32,000 nt of DNA, from NCBI RefSeq assembly GCF_000020025.1, contig NC_010628.1, positions 7,800,001 to 7,832,000 of the forward strand, read 5' to 3'. The position numbers were made by a program, and so were the translations under genes. Numbering within the stretch: the stretch's first letter is position 1; every line of letters starts with the position of its first letter. The notes under the pieces are model-generated. The model was not told the DNA's origin. It made no database searches and was given only the letters and a program-made list of their open reading frames with translations. Source of the DNA: Nostoc punctiforme PCC 73102 (GTDB taxonomy: Bacteria; Cyanobacteriota; Cyanobacteriia; Cyanobacteriales; Nostocaceae). Shown here in pieces: positions 9,371 to 18,622 of the stretch.

Positions 9371-10861
9371 ATGAAGAAAAAGAAAGCATGGCTATTAACA
9401 ATACTGGTTGTAGCGGTAGTAGGAATTAGCATCATTACAGGACATAGTAATTCTTTAAAAGCTGTCTCATCTTTAGGGAAAGACACGCTGACGATGATTA
9501 CTTCCCCAGATTATCCTCCTTATGAGTTTTATGATACTAAAGGAGGCGATCGCCAAATCGTTGGCTTTGATATAGATATTGCCAAAACCCTTGCTGAAAA
9601 ACTAGGGTTTAAGCTTCAAATAATGGAATCAGATTTTAATGGATTAATTCCTGCACTCCAAGCAAATCGCGCTGATTTTGTCATGGCTGGAATGACTCCG
9701 ACTCCAGAACGTCAGAAAAATATTGATTTTTCAATTATTTATTACGAAGCTAAAGATACAATTGTCGCTCCTAAAGGTAGCAATCTGAAGCAACCCCAAG
9801 ATTTACTAGGAAAAAAGCTTGGGGTACAACTAGGAACCATACAAGAACAAAATGCTCGGAAAATTTCTCAAAAAGTTGCGGGTATTCAGTTAAAGCAACT
9901 TAATAAAGTCCCAGAAGTAGTTCAGGAAATCAAATCTGGGCGAATTGATGCCGCAATTGTTGAGGATACCGTCGCTAAGGGATTTGCCCAAGCTAACCCA
10001 GATTTAGAATTTAATACTATTCCGTCAGAGGAGGCAAGTGGCTCGGCGATCGCTTTTCCTAAAGGTTCTTCTTTTGTAGAACCCTTTAACAAAGTCCTTC
10101 AACAAATGAAGGACGATGGCACATTGGCTAAACTAGTAACCAAGTGGTTTTCACAGAATACCGCCGCCAATTCTGTATCCTCAACTCCTGCCAAAGGCGG
10201 ATTAAATCTTGACTTCACCAGAATTCTTCCAGACATTCCCTTTATTCTGCGGGGAATCCCTTTAACTTTGTTGTTCACGCTATTATCTGTAACCTTGGGG
10301 TTAATCTGGGGAACAATCCTGTCTTTATTAAAAATTCTCGGTATCAAACCGCTTACCTGGGTTGCTAACGCCTATACCTCTGTTTTTCGAGGTACACCTT
10401 TGCTATTACAGTTGGCATTGGTTTACTACGCAACACCTCAGCTTACAGGCTATGACATTTCCGCATTGGAAGCAGGGGTGCTAACTTTTACCCTGAATTC
10501 TGGCGCTTATATGTCAGAAACTATTAGGGGTGGAATTCAGGCGGTGGATAAAGGACAAAGTGAAGCGGCGATGTCTATGGGTGTTCCCTATTGGTTGATG
10601 ATGTGGGATGTGATTTTGCCCCAAGCATTGAAGAATATTCTCCCAGCATTGGTAAATGAAACTATCGGATTGCTCAAAGATTCCGCGCTGGTGTCAACCA
10701 TTGGGGTGGTGGAAATATTACGCAGCGCCCAAATCGTTGGTGCAAACAAATATATTTATTTTGAACCACTGCTATTTGCAGGATTAATTTACTATGTTTT
10801 GGTAATGGGCATGACCTTGGGTGCATCCGCTTTAGAAAAGAGGTTACGGGAAAGTGAATAA
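9371..10861 (+). CDS. Polar amino-acid ABC transporter, fused periplasmic substrate-binding domain plus permease
   Basis: The N-terminal signal/anchor is MKKKKAWLLTILVVAVVGISII. The family-3 SBP domain has DYPPYEF, GFDIDIA and ADFVMAGMT. It is followed by a HisM/GlnP-type permease (FRGTPLLLQL and the EAA-loop region SEAAMSMG). The listed ORF starts at GTG 9305; ATG 9371 is preferred because it begins the signal peptide. Confidence 0.8.
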   Translation: MKKKKAWLLTILVVAVVGISIITGHSNSLKAVSSLGKDTLTMITSPDYPPYEFYDTKGGDRQIVGFDIDIAKTLAEKLGFKLQIMESDFNGLIPALQANRADFVMAGMTPTPERQKNIDFSIIYYEAKDTIVAPKGSNLKQPQDLLGKKLGVQLGTIQEQNARKISQKVAGIQLKQLNKVPEVVQEIKSGRIDAAIVEDTVAKGFAQANPDLEFNTIPSEEASGSAIAFPKGSSFVEPFNKVLQQMKDDGTLAKLVTKWFSQNTAANSVSSTPAKGGLNLDFTRILPDIPFILRGIPLTLLFTLLSVTLGLIWGTILSLLKILGIKPLTWVANAYTSVFRGTPLLLQLALVYYATPQLTGYDISALEAGVLTFTLNSGAYMSETIRGGIQAVDKGQSEAAMSMGVPYWLMMWDVILPQALKNILPALVNETIGLLKDSALVSTIGVVEILRSAQIVGANKYIYFEPLLFAGLIYYVLVMGMTLGASALEKRLRESE

Positions 10862-11588
10862 TGTAGTAATTCGCACGGAATTCTTATGTAAATCCTTTGG
10901 CAAACTCGATGTACTCAAAGATATTTCCACTGAGTTTTATCAGGGAGAAGTGGTTGCTATATTAGGCCCTTCTGGTTCAGGTAAGTCTACCTTTCTGCGA
11001 TGTATAAACTTACTAGAACAACCCACCAGAGGCAGAATCTACTTTCACGAGCAAGAAATTACCAAGCCTAAGACAAACATTGCGAAGGTGCGTCAGTATT
11101 TGGTGATGGTATTTCAACATTTTAATTTGTTTCCCCACATGAATGTGCTGGAAAATGTCACCTATGCACCCATAAAGGTGAAAGGAATAAACAAGCAAAA
11201 AGCACAAGAGCATGGCTTAGAATTGCTTGCTAAGGTAGGTTTAGAGTCAAAAGCTAATGTGTACCCATCCAAACTATCTGGGGGACAAAAACAGCGAGTA
11301 GCGATCGCTCGGGCATTAGCAATGGAACCAGAGATGATTTTATTTGATGAACCCACCTCTGCATTAGATCCCGAAATGGTTAAGGATGTGCTGGAAGTGA
11401 TGAAAGATTTAGCGCTATCTGGGATGACAATGGCGATCGTTACTCATGAAATGGGGTTTGCAAGAGTTGTTGCCAATCGGATTATGTTCCTCGACCAGGG
11501 AATTTTAGCAGAAGATACTACTCCTGGTGAGTTTTTCCAAAATCCTCAGTGCGATCGCGCCAAGCAGTTTTTAGAAAAAATGCTTTAG
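10854..11588 (+). CDS. Polar amino-acid ABC transporter ATP-binding protein (GlnQ/HisP type)
   Basis: Walker A GPSGSGKST, ABC signature LSGGQKQRVAIARAL, Walker B ILFDEPTSALD. The GTG start overlaps the upstream permease stop by 8 nt. Confidence 0.9.
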   Translation: MNNVVIRTEFLCKSFGKLDVLKDISTEFYQGEVVAILGPSGSGKSTFLRCINLLEQPTRGRIYFHEQEITKPKTNIAKVRQYLVMVFQHFNLFPHMNVLENVTYAPIKVKGINKQKAQEHGLELLAKVGLESKANVYPSKLSGGQKQRVAIARALAMEPEMILFDEPTSALDPEMVKDVLEVMKDLALSGMTMAIVTHEMGFARVVANRIMFLDQGILAEDTTPGEFFQNPQCDRAKQFLEKML

Positions 11589-11672
11589 AACAATTGAAAT
11601 TTGCCGCTTTTCTTGTATTACTAAACTAGCCCTTTCAACGTGACTCGTAAAATAAGATTGTTTTTTCTCAGC

Positions 11673-11730
11673 GTTCTCTGCGCCTCTGCGGTTTAAAAGT
11701 GATTTATTTAACCGCACAGGCGCAGAGAAC
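11673..11730. repeat. Inverted-repeat hairpin element between convergent genes; possible bidirectional terminator
   Basis: The left arm GTTCTCTGCGCCTCTGCGGTT (11673-11693) pairs with the right arm AACCGCACAGGCGCAGAGAAC (11710-11730), with one mismatch at 11685/11718 and an A/T-rich 16-nt loop. The same repeat family occurs at 9244-9273. Confidence 0.6.
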
Positions 11731-11843
11731 ACAGAGTAAAGAGCTTAAAGAGGAATTTATTGACCAAAATTTTTATTCACCTTGAAAAATTTTTAATGCA
11801 TCTCAATGCAATGCCAATGCGTTCCTCTGAAACAAGATTATCC

Positions 11844-13394
11844 CTACTTTCTCAACCGAAAACGCACCGGCATTCTATCAGGCGGATAAATCAAAAGGTT
11901 CTGCTGTAACTGTTCCAGAGATGAGCGACCGTTGACCAACTCCCAGTCAAAGTAGTAAACCAGTAGTGCCAGCATCATCGTTCCTTCCAGCATTGACAAA
12001 TGCTCTCCCAAGCAACGATGAGAACCTGAGCCAAAGTCTATCATTGGCAGTTGACTATTTTCCTTACCCTTCTCTAACCAACGCTCTGGCAAAAATTCAT
12101 CGGGATGAGAATATACTTCTGGATCTCGTCCAGCAGCAAGCATTGACCAGTATATTTTTGTGCCACGAGGAATAACCGTACCCTCAATAACAGTGTCACG
12201 TTGAGCCTCCAATGAAGTCGAGCCAGAGGCGACGGAATAAAGGCGCAAGGTTTCCTTGAGAATAGCGCGGATGTAATTCAATTCCTTGAGGCTTTCTCCA
12301 TTAATAGTGCCTTGACTTTCCCAAACTTGGTCAACAACGGCCTGTGCCTGATGAAAAACTCTTGGATTTAAAGCCAACTCTCCTATTGCAAAAGATAAAG
12401 TATGGGCCGTGGTATCAGTACCAGCGATTAAAAGTTCAATAACTTCTGCTACTAGTGTTTCCCGATTGTATTTTGGTTCTTTGGCAGCTATTTTCACCAA
12501 CATTGATTCTTGGAACAAAGGACTTACCTGTGTTAAATCCGTTTGATTTTGTTCTCTCATCTGTAAAGCTAAGTCTACACGGGGAGTAATAAACTCCTCT
12601 AAATATCGCCTTGCTGCCCAATAATCTCGTGAGTTCTTAGTTGGCAGATACTTCATCCATATCTTCTCACCAGTAGCTACCCGTAGGAACCGATAGCCTA
12701 CAATAGACATCGCCTCGTACACCTTGAGAACATCAAGGGGTTGTCCTTCATTAGTAGCAATGTTTTTATCCACAGGAATGCCCAGTACAAGACAGGAAAT
12801 CACCCTCATTGTTAGTTCTACAAACAGAGGATCTACCTGAACTTCTGGTGAGGCAACTGACTGAATTTTTTCGATTATTTGCTCGCAAGCTTGGTTAATA
12901 ATTTCCACATATTTAGAGAGACCGCTAGAACTGAATTCCGGGTTCCAAGCCTTGCGTCTGTACTGCCACTCACTTCCGTTTTGACCTAAAAGAATGGGCC
13001 CACCAATGTCGTTCCAAGCTTTGCTAGCTCGCTGTGACCTAATTAAGCTACCGTCTCTCATCCCATTAACAATGGTGTCTTCGATAACTTTTGGCTTACT
13101 CAAAACGAGAACTGGAAAGCCAGTCCAGTAAACATACATTGGGCCTAGCTGCTGGCTCCAATCAAACAATAATTGAAAGAATTTCTTCTCTTTGACTGCT
13201 GCTAATACTTGAGGAATATTTCCTAATAGCCAGTGTCTCTTAGGAGAGGGAAAGGACTGTAGAGATTTGTAAGTGTTCTTTTGTTTCCACCACCGCCAAC
13301 CAAATATTCCCGCTGTGCTAGTAATGCCTAAAGCTGTAACTAAATATGGAAATGAATCAGAAAAAGTAATTTGAGCAGCAATCTGTTGGAACAT
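11844..13394 (-). CDS. Cytochrome P450 with an N-terminal hydrophobic anchor
   Basis: Heme-thiolate loop FGSGSHRCLGEHLS, I-helix LIAGTDTTAH, K-helix ETLRL. The N-terminus has a hydrophobic stretch (YLVTALGITSTAGIFGW). ATG 13394 is preferred over the listed TTG 13415. Confidence 0.85.
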   Translation of the reverse strand: MFQQIAAQITFSDSFPYLVTALGITSTAGIFGWRWWKQKNTYKSLQSFPSPKRHWLLGNIPQVLAAVKEKKFFQLLFDWSQQLGPMYVYWTGFPVLVLSKPKVIEDTIVNGMRDGSLIRSQRASKAWNDIGGPILLGQNGSEWQYRRKAWNPEFSSSGLSKYVEIINQACEQIIEKIQSVASPEVQVDPLFVELTMRVISCLVLGIPVDKNIATNEGQPLDVLKVYEAMSIVGYRFLRVATGEKIWMKYLPTKNSRDYWAARRYLEEFITPRVDLALQMREQNQTDLTQVSPLFQESMLVKIAAKEPKYNRETLVAEVIELLIAGTDTTAHTLSFAIGELALNPRVFHQAQAVVDQVWESQGTINGESLKELNYIRAILKETLRLYSVASGSTSLEAQRDTVIEGTVIPRGTKIYWSMLAAGRDPEVYSHPDEFLPERWLEKGKENSQLPMIDFGSGSHRCLGEHLSMLEGTMMLALLVYYFDWELVNGRSSLEQLQQNLLIYPPDRMPVRFRLRK

Positions 13395-13577
13395 AAATCC
13401 GCCTTTGCTCAACAAAAACTTAGATTATTCAGATACTACCGTATTGTTTCCAGATTGGTTCAGCGCGGTTCTCTGTTGAGTGGTTTCTAAAGAAAATCTA
13501 AAGGTAGCAAATAGCGATCGCCTGAAAACAGGATAATGCAGCTGAACAGGTTAATTATTCCCATTCAACCTAGAATT

Positions 13578-14156
13578 ATGGCATCTCCACCGAAAATCCT
13601 CGCCTTTGCCGGCAGCACTCGGATTGATTCTTACAACAAAAAATTGGTAAAAATCGCGGCGGCTGGCGCTAAGGCAGCAGGCGCAGAAGTGACTTATATA
13701 GACCTCCGCGATTTGCCCCTACCTCTGTTTGATGAAGACTTGGAAGCTCAACAAGGACTACCTGCCAATGCCCGCACTTTTAAAGATTTGATGATTTCTC
13801 ATCAAGGATTGCTGATTGCTTCGCCGGAATATAACAGTTCACTCACAGCAGTTTTGAAGAATGCCATTGACTGGGCATCTCGTCCAGCCCCAAATGAAGC
13901 ACCGTTGGCTGCTTTTGCAGGGAAGGTTGCTAGTATTATGAGCGCTTCCCCAGGCGCTCTTGGTGGTTTACGGGGGTTGGTTCATTTGCGCTCTATTTTG
14001 GGAAACATCAAAGTTTTGGTACTTCCTGACCAGGTAGCCGTACCCAAAGCTTATGAAGCCTTTAATGTCGATGGCACGTTAAAAGATCCTAAACAGCAAC
14101 AATCTATTGAGCAGTTAGGGGATGGCTTAACAAAGATATTGCTGAAGCTCAATTAA
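13578..14156 (+). CDS. NAD(P)H-dependent FMN reductase family oxidoreductase
   Basis: KILAFAGSTRIDSYNKKL, SPEYNSS and LKNAIDWASR are typical of the FMN_red family. The ATG at 13578 (MASPPKIL) is preferred over the listed upstream start at 13536. Confidence 0.8.
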   Translation: MASPPKILAFAGSTRIDSYNKKLVKIAAAGAKAAGAEVTYIDLRDLPLPLFDEDLEAQQGLPANARTFKDLMISHQGLLIASPEYNSSLTAVLKNAIDWASRPAPNEAPLAAFAGKVASIMSASPGALGGLRGLVHLRSILGNIKVLVLPDQVAVPKAYEAFNVDGTLKDPKQQQSIEQLGDGLTKILLKLN

Positions 14157-14161
14157 ATTCT

Positions 14162-14533
14162 TCAATTTGACAGTAGATAGCGAATACCTATCATTAGCAC
14201 AAAGATGCCATACAGCTTTTTCATCAACTCACTGCTAATAAACGGCTGATTTGCAAACAATGCCCCGAAAAAGTTACCCACGATTAAACCAACTGCAATA
14301 ATCAGGGCATATTTGATATTAAGATTACCGTTGCGATGGTAAACCAAGGCTGCTAAAATCCCGATTGGCAAAATTTGAGCAGCCACAGATGTTCCTGTAG
14401 CTAACTTCTGATCCAAACCAATTACTAACACCATTGCCGGAATCATAATTGCGCCGCCACCGATACCAAACATTCCACCAGCAATGCCAGAAACTAAACC
14501 GATTAACAACAGTTGGATCGAGATATTAGACAT
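14162..14533 (-). CDS. Half-size TauE/SafE (DUF81) family membrane protein
   Basis: 123 aa and highly hydrophobic, with about 4 predicted TM segments. It has Gly-rich GIAGGMFGIGGGAIMIP and the GTS motif seen in TauE/SafE proteins. Confidence 0.7.
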   Translation of the reverse strand: MSNISIQLLLIGLVSGIAGGMFGIGGGAIMIPAMVLVIGLDQKLATGTSVAAQILPIGILAALVYHRNGNLNIKYALIIAVGLIVGNFFGALFANQPFISSELMKKLYGIFVLMIGIRYLLSN

Positions 14534-14556
14534 AAAAATAGTTGATATATTGCAAA

Positions 14557-15522
14557 TTACAAATTTACCGTATTAGACAAAATAGATTTGGCTAGCATTC
14601 CATGCACGCCTTTTTGCGGACTGTTCACAACTTGAGTAATGTGAAAATTTACAGCTAAACTACACAATACATAAGCATCTTCTGGCGATAAATTTGCAAA
14701 GCGTTCCAGAAAATCAATCATATTTTTTAAAGCCAATTCTAAGGCTTCATCTAAGGTTTGAGCAAAGCCCATTGTGATGATATGAGTTGGAGTTTCAGCT
14801 ATTGGTGTTGTCAGTTTTAAATCCTTGCGAAGTTTGAGGGTAATTCTACCATTCATGGAAGTTTCAATGGCGGTAACATTTACTTCACCATCTCCCTGTG
14901 CAGAATGCCCATCACCAATAGAAAATAATGCACCTGGTACGAAAATCGGCAAAAATAAACGAGAACCAGCTTGTAATTCCCGGTTGTCGATATTACCACC
15001 GTAAGAACCTGGTGGGACAGAAGTTCGAGAAGTTTCTGGGGTAGCGACACCAAGAATTCCAAAAAACGGTTTGAGGGGAATTTTTATGCCAGCACCCGCC
15101 GGAAATTCCGCGATATTGTTTGCTAAATCCAGAGGAATGAATCTCAACGCAGGTTGAGGAAACTGATGTCGTAAAGCTCCCCAACCTGGACGAATGGCAT
15201 TAAAGCCAACGGGTACACTAGGTGCGATCGCATCTAATTGTACTTCTAAAACATCCCCTGGTTCGGCATCACGTATATAAATCGGCCCTGTGAGTAAATG
15301 CGGCCCCCCAGCAATCTTGCGTTCTGGTAGAAAATTTTGGCAGATATCGAGAAATTCTGGTGTGACAAATTCTGGTGGTGCTTTGTCATAAACGTAGTAA
15401 CCAGTATAAGTTTCCACATCAACTGTATCGCCAGAATCAATAGTGAGCGCTGGTTTTAACAGATGGGAGAAACCACCCAGATGTACGGTTTCTTTTGATG
15501 CTTTTAAAAGATGATGAGTCAT
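14557..15522 (-). CDS. Acetamidase/formamidase family protein
   Basis: Family-typical blocks: TIDSGDTVDVET, GPHLLTGPIYI, GGNIDN, FSIGDGHSAQGDGEV. The ATG at 15522 (MTHHLL) is preferred because the longer listed ORF would overlap the upstream PIN-like gene. Confidence 0.8.
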   Translation of the reverse strand: MTHHLLKASKETVHLGGFSHLLKPALTIDSGDTVDVETYTGYYVYDKAPPEFVTPEFLDICQNFLPERKIAGGPHLLTGPIYIRDAEPGDVLEVQLDAIAPSVPVGFNAIRPGWGALRHQFPQPALRFIPLDLANNIAEFPAGAGIKIPLKPFFGILGVATPETSRTSVPPGSYGGNIDNRELQAGSRLFLPIFVPGALFSIGDGHSAQGDGEVNVTAIETSMNGRITLKLRKDLKLTTPIAETPTHIITMGFAQTLDEALELALKNMIDFLERFANLSPEDAYVLCSLAVNFHITQVVNSPQKGVHGMLAKSILSNTVNL

Positions 15523-15559
15523 CGCTGTTTTGTTTTTAATCACCGAAAGGTTGAAAGAA

Positions 15560-16057
15560 TTAGTCCGTCTCCCCTGCTTGCTGGAGCGCAACAGCGATGA
15601 CTGTTTCACTCAGTCGAATTCCTCTGTTTATCATACGCTCAATAGCTTGCCGCATTAACACAGGATATCCTTCTTGTTTAGCACGCAATAAAATGCCAAT
15701 AGAACCTGTGAGCTTAAGACCACTCAATCTAGCAATCCGCCTACCAACAGTCTCATCAATACATACAGTTTGAATGCTTTCATTTAAAGCTAATTGAATT
15801 ACAGATGCTTCGCCTAAATCCAAAGAGTTGAGCAAAAGAGGTGAAATATTAAGTGGAGTTAGCCATTTTTGTAGCCAGGTTGCTGCCTCAAATTCTGCGA
15901 CTGCAAACCCACTTTTACCTCCAGCAAGTAATTCTTGACAAACTTCAAAAGGAACAAGCACTTGAGTGTATAGCTGCAATACGTCTAAATCACCAAGAGC
16001 CGCTACTAAACTAATTATTGGAGCAGTATTAATGACGATTATCTCAGTTTTAGGCAT
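15560..16057 (-). CDS. DUF3368 PIN-like putative toxin
   Basis: The N-terminus IVINTAPIISL, the downstream acidic residues, and the size are typical of DUF3368 proteins. The ATG at 16057 overlaps the stop of the upstream UPF0175 gene by 8 nt. Confidence 0.7.
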   Translation of the reverse strand: MPKTEIIVINTAPIISLVAALGDLDVLQLYTQVLVPFEVCQELLAGGKSGFAVAEFEAATWLQKWLTPLNISPLLLNSLDLGEASVIQLALNESIQTVCIDETVGRRIARLSGLKLTGSIGILLRAKQEGYPVLMRQAIERMINRGIRLSETVIAVALQQAGETD

Positions 16058-16304
16058 TCTGTAAATCAGCAAGAAGTTCATCTTCTGTTAAATCAATCAT
16101 AGCCACTCCATAATGATGCAAATTAAGTAAAAAAGAAACTCGATCTGTATCTACTAGTGCAGCTGCCATACCAGAAGATAGGCGTTTCATTTCAAACAGT
16201 TTTACTGCCATTGCCCATTTAGCTTCTTGTTCAAATTGTTCCCTTGTCTGTTGTAAGGCATCTGGAAGTGTCTCTGGGTAGTTAATTTTGATTTGCAATG
16301 ACAT
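16050..16304 (-). CDS. UPF0175-family putative antitoxin
   Basis: 84 aa. The pattern EAKWAMAVKLFEMKRLSSGMAAAL is characteristic of UPF0175 proteins, which usually precede DUF3368 genes. Confidence 0.7.
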   Translation of the reverse strand: MSLQIKINYPETLPDALQQTREQFEQEAKWAMAVKLFEMKRLSSGMAAALVDTDRVSFLLNLHHYGVAMIDLTEDELLADLQNA

Positions 16305-16402
16305 AGGCTAAATTATTCTTTCGTAATGTAACTTTTCCCTTACTCTACATTGTTAAGTAGTGAATCACCATACTCTGGAGCGTGAAATTTTTTCAACTTA
16401 CG

Positions 16403-17023
16403 TCAAGCTTCAGATGAAAGGATACCTACTAGAACTCGTACCAAATCTTCTAAACCTTCAGGAACACGATAAAGTTTAATATCTTCTGTAATTAGCTTTT
16501 GTTGCCTATTGAGTGTACCAAATTTCCAGTCATCTCCATTAGTAACTGCGCCAAATAAAAGTGATGATTGATCGTCTAGACTCTGATCCAGAGCTATTAA
16601 TTCTACTGCGAGTTGTGTAACCCCTCTTCTAATATCTGATTGTTTTGCTTCAATTACCAATAAAGAGTTAGATTTATGTAAGTAATAATCCAAAGTACCT
16701 TTGAGCTTTTCATCCACATTAATTGGATACTCACTATATAGTTGAGCTTTTGTTTGATCGCAAATTTCAGCAAGGATAGGAGCAATCATAAATTCTCTGA
16801 TTGATATCTCAGCCATCGGGTTAAAAAGCTTTATATTACGCTGTAAGTAATTTTGTAAAAATTCTAAATAGCTAACTTCAGCAAAGTATATTGGTAATTT
16901 TAGCTCTGTACGTTCGTAACTGTACTCAAACTCAGCTACTACATCTATTGTTGGATTAGGTAACAAAAAGTATTGAATAAAAGTGTAACTTTGATCGGGT
17001 TTTAAAATTCTATATTTACTCAT
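16403..17023 (-). CDS. PD-(D/E)xK-type restriction-endonuclease-like hypothetical protein
   Basis: A candidate catalytic core is GTLDYYL followed by LLVIEAKQSD (D...E-x-K on consecutive predicted strands). No other recognisable domain. Confidence 0.5.
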   Translation of the reverse strand: MSKYRILKPDQSYTFIQYFLLPNPTIDVVAEFEYSYERTELKLPIYFAEVSYLEFLQNYLQRNIKLFNPMAEISIREFMIAPILAEICDQTKAQLYSEYPINVDEKLKGTLDYYLHKSNSLLVIEAKQSDIRRGVTQLAVELIALDQSLDDQSSLLFGAVTNGDDWKFGTLNRQQKLITEDIKLYRVPEGLEDLVRVLVGILSSEA

Positions 17024-17174
17024 GATTTTTATCGCTAATGAACTACACTGGAGATATTACGAATTACAATTAGGAATTAATAATTGATCTGATTATCTCA
17101 ATAATTTGCTAAACTCCAACTTTGGGGATAGCAAATAAGAACAATTTGAGCAGGGAATTTGGAGGGGTTGCAGA

Positions 17175-18407
17175 GTGGCTGATGATGAACGCATAGTCAA
17201 TGCACAACAGATAAATCCAAAAGACTTTTCATGGGGATTATGGCCTGTTGTGCCACTCTACCCTTATGGCAGGCGGCAGACAATCCGCAAAGAAGTGATT
17301 AAGGACACAATCTGGAATTTTGACCAGATTCAGGGCATTTTCTACGTAGTTGTGCCAATTCGCATGACTGTTGTTAAGCTCGAAGCCGGGGGTCTTCTCA
17401 TCTATGCGCCTGTTGCACCAACCCCAGAGTGCATCAGGCTTGTGAATGAGTTGGTGGCGGAACACGGTAAGGTTAAGTACATCATCCTGCCGACTATCTC
17501 CGGTATAGAACACAAAGTCTTCGTCGGCCCCTTCGCCAGATATTTTCCGACTGCACAGGTGTTTGTGGCTCCCCATCAGTGGAGTTTCCCGCTAAATCTG
17601 CCCCTTAGCTGGCTTGGTTTACCCCCAAAACGGACTCAGGTACTCCCAGAAGATAGTAGCAAAACACCCTTTGCTGACGAGTTTGATTATGCAATGCTGG
17701 GTCCCATCGACCTTGGCCCTGGTCGATTTGCGGAAGTTGCTTTTTTCCACAAGCGATCGCATACTCTTTTAGTAACAGATTCTGTGCTTTCTATCCCAGA
17801 CGATCCACCTGCGATCGTTTTATTAGATCCATATCCCCTACTATTCCATGCCAAGGATCGTGCTTCTGATATTGTTGCAGACATTCAGGTAAATCGCCGT
17901 AAGGGTTGGCAGCGCATCTGTCTGTTTGCTTTGTACTTTCAACCAAGCGCACTAAATATACCCCAATGGAATAAGGTGTTGCAAGATGCCTTAAAAGCAC
18001 CAGAACGCTCAAAGAAAGCTTACTTTGGATTGTATCCTTTTAAATGGAATCCAGATTGGCAGCGATCGTTTGATGCCCTGCGAGGTGATGGGCGGTTGTT
18101 TGTTGCACCAATTTTACAGACGTTGATTCTCAACCGCGCACCACAAGAAACCATCGACTGGGCTGATAAAGTTGCTAGTTGGGACTTCGAGTGGATTATT
18201 CCCTGCCACTTTGATGCACCGATAAAAGCCCAAGCCTATCAGTTTCGTCAAGCTTTCTCTTTTTTGGAAAAGCAGCCTGCTGTTAGTGGGGGTTTATTCA
18301 GCAGTAGCAGCTATCCCTTACCAGAGGAAGATTTTAAAGCACTTAGGGAAATCGATACAGGTTTAAATAAGTTGGGCATTGTGCCAGCACCAAAGGAGAA
18401 GGTGTAG
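17175..18407 (+). CDS. DUF4336 domain protein (conserved in cyanobacteria and plastid lineages)
   Basis: Recalled family blocks: WPVVPLYPYGRR, IWNFDQ and RMTVVKL. GTG start. Confidence 0.65.
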   Translation: MADDERIVNAQQINPKDFSWGLWPVVPLYPYGRRQTIRKEVIKDTIWNFDQIQGIFYVVVPIRMTVVKLEAGGLLIYAPVAPTPECIRLVNELVAEHGKVKYIILPTISGIEHKVFVGPFARYFPTAQVFVAPHQWSFPLNLPLSWLGLPPKRTQVLPEDSSKTPFADEFDYAMLGPIDLGPGRFAEVAFFHKRSHTLLVTDSVLSIPDDPPAIVLLDPYPLLFHAKDRASDIVADIQVNRRKGWQRICLFALYFQPSALNIPQWNKVLQDALKAPERSKKAYFGLYPFKWNPDWQRSFDALRGDGRLFVAPILQTLILNRAPQETIDWADKVASWDFEWIIPCHFDAPIKAQAYQFRQAFSFLEKQPAVSGGLFSSSSYPLPEEDFKALREIDTGLNKLGIVPAPKEKV

Positions 18408-18622
18408 GATAATTTTTTATAACTGCTGTGCTAGAGAATTAGAAATTGCTATGACTGCAAAACTATAGTGCTTCTATTTTTGATTTCTAAATTAAACTTT
18501 GGCATTCAATTAGCTTGTAAATTCTTACCAGAGAACTAAGACTAATTCCTTCTATTGACTGTGGTCAAGTTCATAGATTAGTTGGTTAACTTGAGAATAG
18601 CAACTATTAAAGATGAAAAAAG

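Noticed and set aside
15523-15609. N-terminal extension of the formamidase ORF (MKQSSLLRSS...)
   Set aside because: The extension overlaps the 3' end of the PIN-like gene and is Ser/Arg/Lys-rich with no family counterpart. The internal ATG at 15522 begins the conserved sequence.
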